A stretch of DNA of 64,000 nt from Basidiobolus meristosporus CBS 931.73 (GCA_002104905.1 MCFE01000052.1:1-64000), one strand, 5' to 3'; shown: positions 1-12,673, numbered from the stretch's first letter. Program-made: numbers and translations. The notes: a model not told the origin generated them from the sequence alone.

Positions 1-2
1 TC

Positions 3-455
3 CGGGATCTGGTCAACATGATCCGGTCCCCCGGCTCCAGATACCACTCCCCGAACACCCGGATCCTACTTATCACCCCGCCCCCTCTCGACGAGCCCGC
101 TTGGGAGAAGACCTGTCTGAGCAAAGGGAAGACGCTGGACCGCAACGCCGAGACCACCTATAGCTACGCGATCGGGTGCGTGGAGGTGGCAGAGGAGCTG
201 AACATCCCGGTGGTGAATCTCTGGAGGCTGGTGGACGACTCCATCGTCGAGGAGGAAAGGGAGCTGTGCGAGTTCCTGGTTGACGGCCTGCACCTGAGCG
301 CTTTGGGGAATGCCGTGCTGGCCAAGGGGATCCTGGCCAAGATCAACGCCGTCTGGCCGGAGATCTACCCCGAGAACATGGAGATGATCCTGCCCTGGTG
401 GGGGGATGTGGACCCCTCGGACCCTGCGAAATCCCTGATCTTCCCCGACCACTGA
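3..455 (+). CDS. IAH1: SGNH/GDSL hydrolase, IAH1-like (isoamyl acetate-hydrolysing esterase); 5'-partial, runs off the window
   Basis: Open frame from base 3 (RDLVNMIRSP...). Contains RILLITPPP, IPVVNLW and the catalytic D-x-x-H motif (DGLHLS), and the C-terminal LPWW typical of IAH1 proteins. Confidence 0.8.
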   Translation, partial: RDLVNMIRSPGSRYHSPNTRILLITPPPLDEPAWEKTCLSKGKTLDRNAETTYSYAIGCVEVAEELNIPVVNLWRLVDDSIVEEERELCEFLVDGLHLSALGNAVLAKGILAKINAVWPEIYPENMEMILPWWGDVDPSDPAKSLIFPDH

Positions 456-651
456 CGGCTCGCCAAATAAAGCGCCCCTTTTGTCATGGGAAAAGAGTCT
501 CTTTAATACAATTTGTTCACGGGTGTAACAGTAGTAGTGGTATAGGCAAGCAAAGGGGGGGGGGAGGGGCAGAGAGATGTTCTGGTGGAATTAGCAGGGA
601 TTAACTAGGGATTAATGTGTAGATTGGATAGAGATGGGCGGGTAGGGCCTT

Positions 652-2371
652 TCAGGCGGCATGCATGATGGACCAGTCGGGAACTTGGCCGATGAACTTC
701 TCCTTGGTGATCTCGGGGCCGGAGGATTTCAACGAGCCAACTAGCGAGCCTGCAAACAGAACTGTGAGTCACTGTACGCGGGTGATGGGGCGTGTTGATC
801 CAACTACTTACCTCCTACCCAGCCGCGGGTATTCGAGGGGAAGATCCTTCCGCTCTTCTCGTCGAGGAATCGAAGCCTTTCCGCCAAACCGGCTAGCGTC
901 TTGTATTTGGGCAGGTCTTGCAGGGCCCGGACGATCTCCTGGTGCAATCGAGGCTGGAAATTCGGCAGCATACTCGTCCCCCCGATCACCAGAATCGACG
1001 TCGCCAGCGGCCCCCGGAGGTCTGGCTGGAGCTTCAGCAGGCAGTCCAAGATACACCACACCAGGCTTCTTTCGTCCTCGTCTCCCTCGAACAACAGCTC
1101 CGCCGCTCTCTCCCGCACCCATCCCGGCACGAACAGCTTCATGGGCTCCTTGGTTGTGCCGGGGATGCAGTATTCGATGTCGGCGGCGAGGCTGGAGTGG
1201 GCATAGCGCTCCTCAAAGTCGGCAACGTCGTGGGGGCCTGCTTGCGCGGAGTCGTTGATCGGTTTGATGGGGCTAACGAACAGGAGCCGGGTCTTGATCT
1301 CCTCCAAAAGCGCAGGGGTAAGGATCTCCTCGGTGACTGGGAGACGTTCCAGCGGTGACTGGAGGGGAGTGACGTAGCAGTAGGAGTTGATCAGGGTTCG
1401 CAGATGTTTGGTCAGCAGTTTCCCGGCCAGAGGGGTGGTCTGGATGGAGTGGTAGAGTGGCCTTGCGTCGAAGATCTGTTCCAACCGAATTAGTATTCCT
1501 TCGACGGTTCGATGGAGCCAGAATACCTACCGGCAGGACGGTGGTCTCCAGGTTCCCGCAATCCACCACGAGGCCTGTGGTCTGGCCTGTGGTCAGCAAG
1601 GCCAGCAGATGGGTCGGAACGAAAGAGATGGAGGGGACCTAGCCAGTAAACAGACCGACACTTAGTGGGGGTGGGGGAAGTCCTTCCGATTTGGATTCGG
1701 CTCACCTGTAGGTTTTCAAACAGAACCTTGGCGATGATTTGCTTCAACTGGACCGGGAACAACGGCGACTCGCAAAGGATGACCTTTCTCATCTTGGGAT
1801 CGGTCAACAGATGCCTGGTTGGAGAGGTTTGTTAGGAAGGATCCGGGAAAGGGGTGGTGCCGGCCCACTTACTTGAAATAAATCTGGTGGAAATAGTGGA
1901 TCAACTTCTCCTCCAGGATCGTGGTATCTCCCCGTCTCAAGTCTAGCGTGTACAGTTCAGAACTCTGTTTGGCGGGGGTTGATTGGTTGGAAGGGAAGAA
2001 TGTGTGGTGAATACTGGTATTCTGGTGGGCCCGTAGGCGTTGGGCGGTGAAAAAGCCCTGCTTATACATACCTCGCCGCTGGGACGACAGCTTTCACTGC
2101 ATAAGGTGCCGTTGCGATGACAGCGCAAGTCACCAGGTACGTGTAAGATGTGTCTTGGTTTCGATTCACCGCTGAAACCACATTTCACATACAACGAACC
2201 AAGGTCGACGACCACCCTATCCTCCGTTCCATAAATCGAGTGACGTCTGCCAACCCCGCTGTACGGGGAGAGACTTGAGGAAGAAGCTGAGGGTAAGCCA
2301 AGCTTAGAAGTAGGAGTCCTAGGTAGGGAAAGACTACTCAGGTGGCCGGAAGTGGGAGTAGTGGCTGACAT
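652..2371 (-). CDS. ARP10: Actin-related protein Arp10/ACTR10 (dynactin pointed-end subunit), multi-exon
   Basis: Exons in ORFs 1943-2371 (VVVDLGSLYVKCGFSGESKPRHI), 1490-1807 (VILCESPLFP), 1273-1599 (TGLVVDCGNLETTVLP) and 804-1484 (ILVIGGTSMLPNF). The last exon ends ...VPDWSIMHAA* at 652. GT-AG introns lie between them. Confidence 0.8.
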
Positions 2372-2636
2372 GGGTTTGTTCGGTTACGCAACGACAGTTA
2401 GGAGCTTAGGCTACGGCAAACAGAAAAAACCAATAAAATAGAACCCGACGTTGGCAAAAAGTAACAAGTCAAGTCGATCTTGGGCAACGCTAACCAAACT
2501 CCAAGTCAACGATGGATACGTACTAAACCAGCCATCAACCCAATCTTAATTGAGCCCAACCCTACACCTGATTTCCCCCCTCAACGCAATTCAACCGACC
2601 ACGGAAATTTGCCAATGGGATCGGAGGTGGTTTTTA

Positions 2637-3146
2637 TTACTGGAGATCGGGATAAATTAACTCCCCCATGAGCGAGAGGGCTGTGACAAGGGAAATAAAT
2701 AAATACGAATGCTCGCATCGATGTGCCGAATTGTACGCCACTGGTACGACACGTGTGTCAACAAAGTATGCGGTGGCGGTGTGGGTAGACCGCTTCAGGG
2801 TGGAGCTGGCTCGGTTTTGAGTCTCGCTTGAAGTGAGACTGCTGTTGCTGTTGGTGCTGGCGGTGGTGGTGGTGGTGGACCAACCGGTCTGGAGGGAAGC
2901 TCTGGTTGGGGTGGCGGATGGACTCGAGGCGGTAACCGTGACAACGCTCCGGAAGAAACTAGAAGTGGTTTGGGTGCTGACCATGAAGAAGATGTCCTGT
3001 TGTTGACTCTCGCGCGGAGGGTTCAATCGTTCCACACCACCGAAGGACCAGATGCCGGTTGAGGAGGGCCTTGTGGGGGTTGCTTGCTGAGCATCGATTC
3101 GTAGTAGAAACAGGCATGTCAATATCGTCCATGTGGTGAGGAGCAT
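2637..3146 (-). CDS. Small secreted Ser/Thr-rich protein, possibly GPI-anchored or cell-surface
   Basis: Internal ATG at 3146 gives a signal-peptide-like N-terminus (MLLTTWTILTCLFLLRIDA), then an S/T-rich middle and a hydrophobic C-terminal tail (YLFISLVTALSLMG). No family recognised. Confidence 0.5.
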   Translation of the reverse strand: MLLTTWTILTCLFLLRIDAQQATPTRPSSTGIWSFGGVERLNPPRESQQQDIFFMVSTQTTSSFFRSVVTVTASSPSATPTRASLQTGWSTTTTTASTNSNSSLTSSETQNRASSTLKRSTHTATAYFVDTRVVPVAYNSAHRCEHSYLFISLVTALSLMGELIYPDLQ

Positions 3147-3556
3147 GGATGTCAAGACAGTAAGAGGCGCTGGATCGGAGATAGATTTCTGTCGTCCATG
3201 AGCACCCGACATTCTTTATATACCATGAACGCCCGCTATGGAGGTGTGGAGATGCACGCATGTCGTGCAATTTATGACATAAAAACCCTACTTCCACTGC
3301 AACCTTAATCCTGACCCTCTCTGAAGACTCTCCTCCGAAGATACAGAACCCTACGCAGATCGCCATAGTCTCCTCGACTCCAATCACAGCTGGTTTCCAC
3401 CTTGAATGAGTGGACTCTCTCTGATGCATCGGAATTATCCTAGCATCGGGCCTTTTTCCCGACCTGCTCTGGCGAACCGACCCGAAAGGCGGGCGACCTC
3501 TGGCTACCGTCAAGATGAACACGGCGTCCGTGTGCTTCCGCGCTCACCTCCTCCAC

Positions 3557-3802
3557 GATGCGAGCCATCCGATCGTTTTCCCTCTTCGTCTCCCGCTTCC
3601 GCGACCCCAACTCCAACTCACTCCGGATACTTGTACGCTCCCATGGGACCTTGGTGGCGACTGGAGGATCACTTGATCGAACGGGGAGTGTGTGCCCATT
3701 ACTATCTTGAGTGGGAAACAGATTTATTCGTGAAATGTGGGAGCAGATTGGTTCCCGGGATTGTACAAACAGAACCGAGTCGAGTGGGGAAAGGCCAAGT
3801 GG

Positions 3803-3838
<36 letters not shown>

Positions 3839-4000
3839 CCAGCAACGGGGAGACCAAGCATACAGTGAACTGCTAAAAAGTGTTACCGAGGAGGAGAGGA
3901 TCCGGCAAGCAATGGGAGGAGGTCGGGACCACTGTACAGGCCAGGCGCCAACCATCCCTTGGGCCAGGAGAGAGGTCGATGATGGTGGGGAGGGGTGAGT
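3557..4000 (+). other. Possible small spliced hypothetical gene; structure unresolved
   Basis: ATG at 3557 (MRAIRSFSLFVSRF...) and exon-like pieces (FIREMWEQIG; QQRGDQAYSELLKSVTEEERIRQ) separated by GT..AG segments. I could not join them in consistent phases. Confidence 0.2.
3805..3836. repeat. (GT)16 microsatellite
   Basis: Directly visible perfect dinucleotide run. Confidence 0.95.
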
Positions 4001-4125
4001 GGGTTACTCACTGGTGGCAGCAAGCGGCTTGGGAGGAAGGGAAGGCTCTCGAGACTATAGGGCCAATTGGTGTCTAAAGTGGCCGAGGAGGATTCGAATA
4101 AACCTTTATTGATAGGCATCTTCGA

Positions 4126-4168
4126 GAGGGAGGAGGAGGAGGAGGAGGAGAAGAAGAAGAAGGGGAGG
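4126..4168. repeat. Purine-rich (GAG)n/(GAA)n low-complexity tract
   Basis: Directly visible, downstream of the kinase 3' end. Confidence 0.85.
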
Positions 4169-4313
4169 AAATAGAGCTCAGTCTAATATGGATAGGCCCG
4201 GTTTGGCTGACCAGCGCGTCGTTTAAAGAGATAGAAATGGGGTGATATGTGTGGTGTGAACTTACGAGTTTCTGTTCGGAAAGCAGTGCGGGGGCAGTGG
4301 ACGAGTGTTTGGT

Positions 4314-6451
4314 TTACCGAATATCGTAACCGCTGTTCGCTGTCCACCCGTTCGCGAGCCCCGTTGGCCGCGTAGAATAATCCACCGTGGGATAGTGTGT
4401 GGGCGGTGGGATGATCTCGTTCCCTGCTTCGTCGAATTGAATACTAAAATACGGGTGTCTCAGCGCCTCTCGCGCGGTTATACGTTGCGACGGGTCGTAC
4501 GTCAGCATCTTCTTCACCAGGTCCAGGAGATAGGCATTACAATTCGTTGTGGGCGGGATGATGGACTGCGGTAGGGAGATGGGTGAGCGAGGTGTGGGGA
4601 GACTGGCTCTACATGGGTAAGGCACCTACCTCTATGGGCTTCATGTTTTTGACGTACTTGCGACTTGTGCGATTTGTGTCTTGGTTGGGGTAATCTAGGC
4701 GGCCGTTCTTGTAGAACTTTTGGGTGGTGCGCCTGGAAGGGATCGGAGGGTTAGTCCCAGGCGGGTGGAGGGTTAGATTACCTGCGGTCACTTACCCTAG
4801 ACTTCTAATGATGTGATCCGGGGTTTTCCCAACAACGATCTCCATCATAGCCAGATGCTCAAGGTTGTCGTGGGTTTGGAAGAGTGCGTCCCCAGTGAAC
4901 AGCTCCACCAAGATGCAGCCAACAGACCACATATCACAAGGATACGACCATCCGGTACCTAACAGCGTCCATGTTACTACTTGACATCACCAGTGCAAAA
5001 CATACTCTCGGCATTACCTAGGATGATTTCGGGGGCTCGATAGTGCCTTGTGGAGACAACTGAGCTGTGATACTCTTCTTCGAACGTGGCGCTACCGAAA
5101 TCGATGAGACGGATCTCGGTGTCCAGCAGGATCTTCATCGTCTTGTCGCTGTACCGCTACGGAGGGAGAAGGATTAGCCCCTGGGCTGGCCATGAACCTC
5201 AACGACGTCACTCACCGTGGACGCGACCACTCTACTGTCGTTGTTCACCAGCAATATATTTTCAGGCTTCAAGTCGGTGTGGGTCAATCGTAGGTCGTGA
5301 AGAACTGGAAAAGCAATAGGTTACCGAATGGCACGACCACCGAACACAACTGTGTCGGGCTCTTACATGCAACGCTTGTGAGTAGCTGCTTCGCAAAATG
5401 CTGGATATGATGTGGTGGAAAGGCGGCGAATATGTTATCCTTGAGGAAGTCGAAGAGACTCTGGCTGAGGAGGTCGAAAACCATGCAGATATGGTTGCGG
5501 AAATCGAAGCAATCGTTCAGATGGATGCATTTGCTTGAAGAGTAAGAGTCAGTGGTGGTGAGTGGGTGGTGGATGGTGGGTGGGGAGCGGTGAGTAGCGG
5601 GACCTACTTGAGATTGAACGGATCCCGGTCTTTCAGCGTTTTCAGCACCCGAATCTCGATCTTCGAGGCGTCTCGATACTTCTGCACCGCGCGTATGATC
5701 TTGATAGCGCAGTAAGAGCGGTTGAGTCGATCCCAGCATTCAACCACTTTCCCGAACGTCCCTTGGCCCAGGAGCTGCATGATTTTATCTGGATTAGAAA
5801 GGGAGGTTAACCGTCTGATACATTCCGCGATGCTGTGGTGGTCGCTTAGCTACATCGTGGAGTTAAATCCTCGTTCTCGACTACGATATAATGGCCCTCT
5901 TTGTCATCGTACGGTGGGTGCTGGCCGTTCTGTTTGCTGGAAGAGGCGGCGGCGGTGGCGGTCGAGGTGTGTCCCTAAGGAGGGGAAAATTTTGATGAGC
6001 TTAAGAAATGGCCAGCTACAAGAGAGGTCGAGCTATTTACGCCCGTAGAGAGAGCAGAGGGAAACCCTACAACAGACCAGAGAGAGGCGGTGTTGTTGGC
6101 GGGGTCCCACGTCACTTGAAGGAGGGGGTTGTTGGCGAATGCAAAAAGTACCTTGTTCGATTGTGCCAGTGCGGGCTCTTTTTTCCGACGCTTGGGGGCG
6201 GTATTCTGTGTTACGGGGTGAAGGAGCAGCGAGGAGTGAGGATAGCCAAGGGCATCCTTGGCTGATCTTAGATTACCGGCGGCAAGGCTGGAGGTGGTTG
6301 TGTCAGGTGGGCAGAGACTCTGAATGGACAAAGAAGGTGGAGGTGGAGTTGGTGAATCCTCGATCACTATGACCTCTTGCGGGAGTCCGTTCTTGTAAAA
6401 CTCATTCCAATCAACGGCTCTTTTACGTCTTTTCCCAGTAGAGGCGGCCAT
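4314..6451 (-). CDS. lkh1: LAMMER-family dual-specificity kinase (CLK/Kns1/Lkh1), multi-exon
   Basis: N-terminal fungal motif [34 protein letters not shown]; glycine loop [10 protein letters not shown]; HTDLKPEN; the signature EHLAMME near 4845-4865; [25 protein letters not shown] introns. Confidence 0.93.
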
Positions 6452-8349
6452 CGTGGTGGAGAAGTACGGTGCAGCCACTTTCAAGCTTGGTTTCGAGGCA
6501 GGGCCTTTGCGTTTCTGATATACTTTTCAAATGGAGTTGAATGCTTCCCTATACGTCCAGACTATCAAGGCGACGAAACGTAACAGATACTGGACAAATC
6601 ACCCTGGAGTTAAATACGGTTTCTCTGGGAACTAGGGTCTCAACAAGAAAGCTCAATCTATTCGGAAGTTTTCAAGTATTTTTCAGTCTTCACCATGGTG
6701 TTGACTCTGTGGCTTTCAGTGCACGTAAAATTCTTGATCACGTGACTCCAAGAGATATGCACCAAAGTCAAGAGCCCAAAAATCATCGAAAATAGCAATG
6801 ATACGAGCAGGATCCAACAACACTGATCCCGACCGTCATTGAGTCAGGAAATTTTTGTTGCGGACACCCATCGGAACCACTTTCCTGGCGTCTGTTCTGT
6901 GGGTGCCTTCTCTGACTGGATGATATATGTAACGTCCTAGCCAGGGGTTCGACTCCCCCGAACACAAGGCGGCTGGGTATTTTCTAGCACACATCCCAGC
7001 ACAAACGACCCCGCCTTTTCTTTTAGTGTAGGTGCTTCACATGACAAACAATGGACAACCAGCATTCATCCTACGAAATTTGTAACAAGTACGCAACCTT
7101 TCGCTTTCAAGGGAGTACATAGTGCTGGTGGTGGTGGTAGTTGTGATAGTGGTGGTGGCAGCGACGGTTGAATCTCTTTCACAGGTAAGTAGTTGAGTTA
7201 CAGTGGAGGCTGGGTGTTTCAACTGCCGGGAATTCTTAGCTGACACAAAGGATTTGTAATCAAAAGGCACTATTCAGTTGGGATCCATCACTAAACAGAT
7301 TGGATTTCACTGTACTTTCCCATGTCCCACTGCTGTGAGCTACCTGTATACTTATCACAACGTGCTCCATTGAATCCAATCTTGTTAATCCTGTATATCA
7401 AACCCATGCCGTCAGCCAATAGCCAAGCCGGGTGCATTTCTTCAATGTTAACAAGGGATGGACACGTATAAGGAGGATGCATTTAGACATCTAGCAGGTG
7501 AGACGTGGCACCTCGATATATTCCCTGATACTTGGTGTTGAGCCATTATTCCTGTGATACAGAGTGGGAAGGGTCATTCTGCGTAGTGGGTTGGCCGCCT
7601 TGGAATCTTCAGTAGGAGCCAAGCAATGGCAGTGAACTGGTTGGAACATTGGGAATCTACGAATCAGGAATAGTCGAAGCGTAATATTTCTTAAACCAGC
7701 CAATACCTGAATCCACTCGGCAGGCTAGCCTATATACGGCTCCTCCAAACCACCAAGATTGTGAGGCCCTCTTGCCGGCCTGCTCCTGCTCCTGCCCCGT
7801 CCGAAATCAGCGCACATTCCCACCAGGATCGGCCATATTAACCAATTCCGTGCTGCAACGAGTGGTCGCTTATACGTTTTTCATGGGATCGCTCGCAAAG
7901 ACGGATTCGAAGGTTCTATCAGCCACAGTTTTGGGATAGAGCCCTTCGAGCACCATCCGCACTAAGATTCGGCAAGTCTCACCGTGGGGCCAGCCAAGTT
8001 CCAGTATTGGGGTGCTGGTCTGGCAGCCCCGCCTTCACGCTCAGTGTAGGTGTCTCCAAGCGGCGGTTGATTAGGTATCTAGCCTCGGTGTAGAGAGTGG
8101 TTTGGGCGGAGATTATTGGCTGGGCACCCTTAGGGTTAGGTGGCTGCAACTATCGACATCAAGGTTATATCAGATAACCTGAGATCAGTCGACCTGGTCT
8201 CGGCTGGAGAAGTATGGGTGAAAAAAAACATACGATTCCCGTGGACGTTCGCCATGGTTGATTAGGCTAAATTCCTTGAGGTGAGCCCAACGATAGGTTG
8301 GAATGATTTCGGATCTATGTGTGTGCGGGTGCGGGTGGGGATGCGAGTT

Positions 8350-8376
8350 CGGGTACGGGTACGGGTACGGGTACGG
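8350..8376. repeat. (CGGGTA)4+ hexanucleotide repeat
   Basis: Directly visible. Confidence 0.85.
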
Positions 8377-8674
8377 TTAGAGTTATAGGCGACTTCCGGA
8401 TTTCTAAAGAGAAGGATAATGACCTGATGAATGGGAAATATTTATTAATCTGAATGCTGATCCACACCCGCTTAAAAATACATTAGGTTCGATTAATTGG
8501 TCGGGTTATTCACAACGGGTCAGAGTTATGTGGTGGATATTAAGGGTGGAGTGCTACATACTGTACAGATATCTAACAGGGGTACGGATGGGTGAGGGTT
8601 GGGCGGATGAAAACAACTGTGCCTCTCTATGTGACTAACTTTTTGCCGGACAGAGAAATCGGGCTGATCGGAAT

Positions 8675-9969
8675 CTACAGCTCTTGAGTTCGTCGCCGAT
8701 GCTTTCCGGGCAAGGTGACGCTTCTTGTGATGCTTTTAGCTGGCATCGGACATGAGCCAGAGGATTCGGGGGCATTTTGGAGGATACCGACTGTTACACT
8801 GGACTTCCTAATGGCTCTCCGCTTCCCTAAGGAGAGCGAGCGCCTTAGTTGGCTGAGTGGTGGCTGATTGGATGTGCCTCTATGATCCATGTCGTTTGGT
8901 ATTGTTTTCGTGACCTTATGGGTGTAATCGTACTCAACTACTGACTGGTGCGGTGGCAGGGGTATGCTGTGGCGAGGTGGAACCTTCAATCGATTGGAAT
9001 ATTTGATAAGGTGCTCCACCACCAGGGATGAGTATCTATATTCCTCTGGCCGAAACAGATGGGAGGGATGGGCCAAAACACAGGGTTGAAATATGGTGGC
9101 AAGGTTCCCTGCGTTCATACGGGTTGTCTCTTGACGCTCGGCAAAGTAAGCCAGCAAGTTCACCAGATACAAAAGAAGGATTTGGTTGGGTCGCGGCAGG
9201 TGGGGAAGCAGACTCTGGAATGCCATGATCTGAGCATCCTCGCTATCCTGGTGTTCACCTTGCGGTAAGGTTAGGCTCGGATGAATCAGGTGATGCGTGG
9301 GGACATCCACTTACTGTAGGCCTTTCGGAAGAGAAGATATAGATGCGGGGAGATTACTGGCTCTGGTAAGCAGTTTAGATAACGACGGAACAAATTAGCA
9401 ACGTCGTGAATAGAGAAGTCCTCCCAGGCAATATCCATTCCATATGCCGGGCCGGTGTTAAAGAGATCCTGGAGTTGGCGTACTCGTTTGGAGGAGCCGT
9501 TCACACGAAATATCCCTTCAGTATTCACCGCTGTGTGAGAAAGAAGCAGATTAGCGATTGGCTTCAGTCGTGTGCGCTCGGGTTGCAAGTATATACCATG
9601 GTCTTTCAGGTATCCGCCACACTCGGCAACAACTATTGGGACCAAACAGTTCAAGTAGCCCCCATTGCGACCGAGATTGACTACCGCGCTAGCGTATTTG
9701 ATGGATATACCCAACGGAACACCAAAGAGAGTTTCTTGGCAAGCTATCCAGGGAAAAAGAAAAGTCAGTCAGGTGGAGTCGACGACTTGGTTGGTGTAGG
9801 GCTCACTACCTCTCTCATGAAGCAAGTTTTGTTTGTGAGCGGGGGACTGTTTACGGGTGAGTAGGAATTTCCAACGGTCCCTTAAAGTAAGCTTGGCACT
9901 TTCGGGACCTCTAAATAAACTAGCGAGCTGTCCCCAGCGGTTGGATTTGGCACTTTGCTCAACAGTCAT
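8675..9969 (-). CDS. Rho GTPase-activating protein, Sac7/Bag7/Rga5-like, multi-exon
   Basis: FGVPL...VPIVVAECGGYLK; arginine finger EGIFRVNGS; HDVANLFRRYLNCLPEPVI; RMNAGNLATIFQP. The likely start is the ATG at 9969 (MTVEQ). Confidence 0.88.
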
Positions 9970-10858
9970 ACCTGACGAGAGAAGCCAAAACAAAGAGGAG
10001 AATAACAAATGGGTGGATTAAAAGTGGATGGGAAAAGCGCACCATGAGCATATATATATATCCAACGAAAATCCACCCGGTCAATGCCAAATCAGTCCAT
10101 CAGAGCAGTCTATCGTTATAATGGTAAGTGCGGTTTTAGATTGTGCTGTACTTTGAACCGGATCTGGCCATCCGTATAGGATGAATCAAATTGAGGGTCA
10201 AGCACAAATATGGCTCCAATTTGATCTCTGCATTTCCAATTCGTTTTTTATTCGATACTCAATCGCACATCCACTTAAAGCTCGGGGTGCAAATTACGGG
10301 TGCAAATAACGCAGGGGAGAAGGGCTAAAGGGCTAACCAAGATCCCGGGATCAGCCACGGATCTAGCGTCGGCGAAGCGCTAAACTCGAACTGGTCAGCG
10401 ATGATGGAATTTCAACACTAAGCACAAACAAGGCAACTATGATGAAATCTAGAGTCAGCTGCTGGAAAACATCCCTCATTCCTTGGTCCCAAGCGGCTAC
10501 GTCATTTGGTGGGTTATATTTAGCAGGGAATAGTAGCGAGCCTTGTCCTCCTAGCCTCTCTGCCTTCCGACACTGCATGTGAGAAACAGAGCATAGAATG
10601 TATGCAATGGTCCTCGATGCCACTTATTGATGTGACATAAATCTCCATTTACGGCGAGACCTGGGAAGCGTCATTTATTGCTTGGGCCCGCCGATTTCCA
10701 CTCGCAATTTATTTCTGAGTAACCCAGCGAACTTGCTTAGCAGATCCCTCCTTGTATGTCTAAAAGCATGCTGGTTCTACTGCGTTCTTTCAATATCTCT
10801 CAGGGTCGCACAAATTAGTTGGCTTGTTTGGTGCCAGATGCGCAATCCTATATAATCC

Positions 10859-11379
10859 ATGATCTGCCACCCAGCAACGGTAGCTGTGTCACTCCATCCC
10901 TTTGAATGCATCCCGTCTGTGGCCATCTCTTCTCATCCAAGTTCGTCACTTCCTTCGTCATGAGGCTGTGGTATGGTGTAGAGCACCAACGTGGCCACAT
11001 GCTCGAGGTGTTCTGCGACAGAGTCCTTGCCTGGTGCGAGACCTCCCCTTCCATCATATACCTAGCATTCAAATACCTCCAACGACTCAAGCAATATTGC
11101 CCATCGCTGAGCGGAAGCGCCGGATCAGAGATCCGAATCCTCTCCATAGCCCTCCTCATCGCCCACAAATACCTCGAAGACCGCCCGTTCAACAGTCGGA
11201 CCTGGTCGGTCATCACTGGGCTTCCGGCCAAAGAAATCGAGGTCATGGAACGGGAATTCCTGGCCTGCATTCGGTACCAGGTCCACGTATCCTCAGGGGA
11301 ATATCACAAATGGAAGCAGCTCATCGATTTTCACAATGACCAGTACCTCCAGATGATCCCATGGCAATACAATTCGTGA
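10859..11379 (+). CDS. Pho85-type cyclin (Pcl/Clg1-like cyclin box)
   Basis: SIIYLAFKYLQRLK, LSIALLIAHKYLEDRPFNSRTWS and EIEVMEREFL. The 5' exon (ATG at 10859, MICHPAT, then a GT..AG intron to about 10941) is inferred. Confidence 0.82.
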
Positions 11380-12323
11380 AACGCTGACTCGCTGGGTCCC
11401 CAATTTCCTCGCTTCATAGGTCTCCACTGGTGGTTGACCAACTTCTTACTACCCTACCTAATGCTAATCTAATACTGTTTGGTTCATGGCAAATAAACCT
11501 GCCTCCATTTCAATGCTACTTTGATGGCCCTGTAGTCACACTGCTGAATGGATTGTGCAACCTTTGGCTTATTGGGTTCCCATTCACCATTTCCACACAT
11601 ATCTGAGCATGGAGCCACACTACTGCACCTTAATCTCCTGCTTCATAAATCCATGGCCTTGTTTGCCCTCCGATGGTTCATAGATACGGTCAACCTCCCC
11701 TCAACATGCTAATAGCGGATCCTTTCACTTCCATATGCCTGGTAGGCCGCACTTCCAGTTCGGACCTACTCATTCCCTTCCTAACCTCAGGTCGTGTGCC
11801 TTAGGCTACTCACCGCCTCTACTTTCACTCGCCAGCAAAATCGCCGAAACAATATCCGGGTCACATCTGGGTGTTGACCAGCACTGAATCTGGATTCACG
11901 GTTCGGTGGTTAAATTGGTGTCTGAAGGTGATTTAGTAAATATTGGCACCAAGCACCATTTTCCCATATAGATTGATTGATTGATTGAGTGGCGTGTGGC
12001 CACTTTTGGGTGGAGATTTCGAGCCTTTTCTACCTTCTGGAAATTCGCCATGAATTGATGGAAGGGCCCTACAGAAACCACTCCGAGTCCGATGCGATTA
12101 TGGTCAAGTATGGTGTCTGACTATCTGGATCATCGGTTGGCGTGCTAATTGTTGACGATATGGTGTTGCCAATTATCGGTTTCGTACGAAATCATCCATA
12201 TGCTTGGATGGACTACCTTTCCTATGGTGAGAATGATGCTCATTGGTCCCGGACTAATTTCTCATGATACTCACTGATTCTTGGATGTGGTGCAAATGCT
12301 GGACGTTGGTAAGCGTTTGTACA

Positions 12324-12673
12324 CGTTGTAGAAATTCGGAATTCCACCTAAATACTCACCTAACTTGGTCACTTAGATCATTACCTACAAATCTTAGAGA
12401 ATACTGACCAAATTTCTTGCTGGGATTTACTTGGAATATTTTCAACAAAAACCTCACGTACCCGGAATATAAAAATTTTCAAGGTTGTCCAAAAAGCCCC
12501 AAACTTTGTACATATGTTCTTGGAACCCTTGTTAACATGTTCTATATGTTTGTTTTGCTAAGAACATGTAAAAGTATAAATACTACGCTTACATTCAGTA
12601 AATCATCAAGTGAAAACCACATAATCTACTGGTTGTCCCAATCACTTCTGATATCTCCAAGACTCCTACAACA
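12324..12673 (+). mobile_element. Copia family A LTR (isolated, at the edge of the repeat block)
   Basis: About 350 bp homologous to LTRs at 14885, 30447 and 62983. Ends CTACAACA and starts CG instead of TG. No TSD and no PBS follow. Confidence 0.85.

Noticed and set aside
66-1642. Long antisense or overlapping ORFs (66-452, 665-1258, 918-1358 and others)
   Set aside because: They are shadows of GC-rich IAH1 and ARP10 coding sequence and carry no recognisable motifs.
6900-6975. tRNA gene suggested by the T-loop motif GGTTCGACTCC
   Set aside because: No A-box, D-arm, anticodon arm or acceptor stem could be folded around it.
8128-8142. Telomere-like TTAGGGTTAGG
   Set aside because: Fewer than two full units, so expected by chance.
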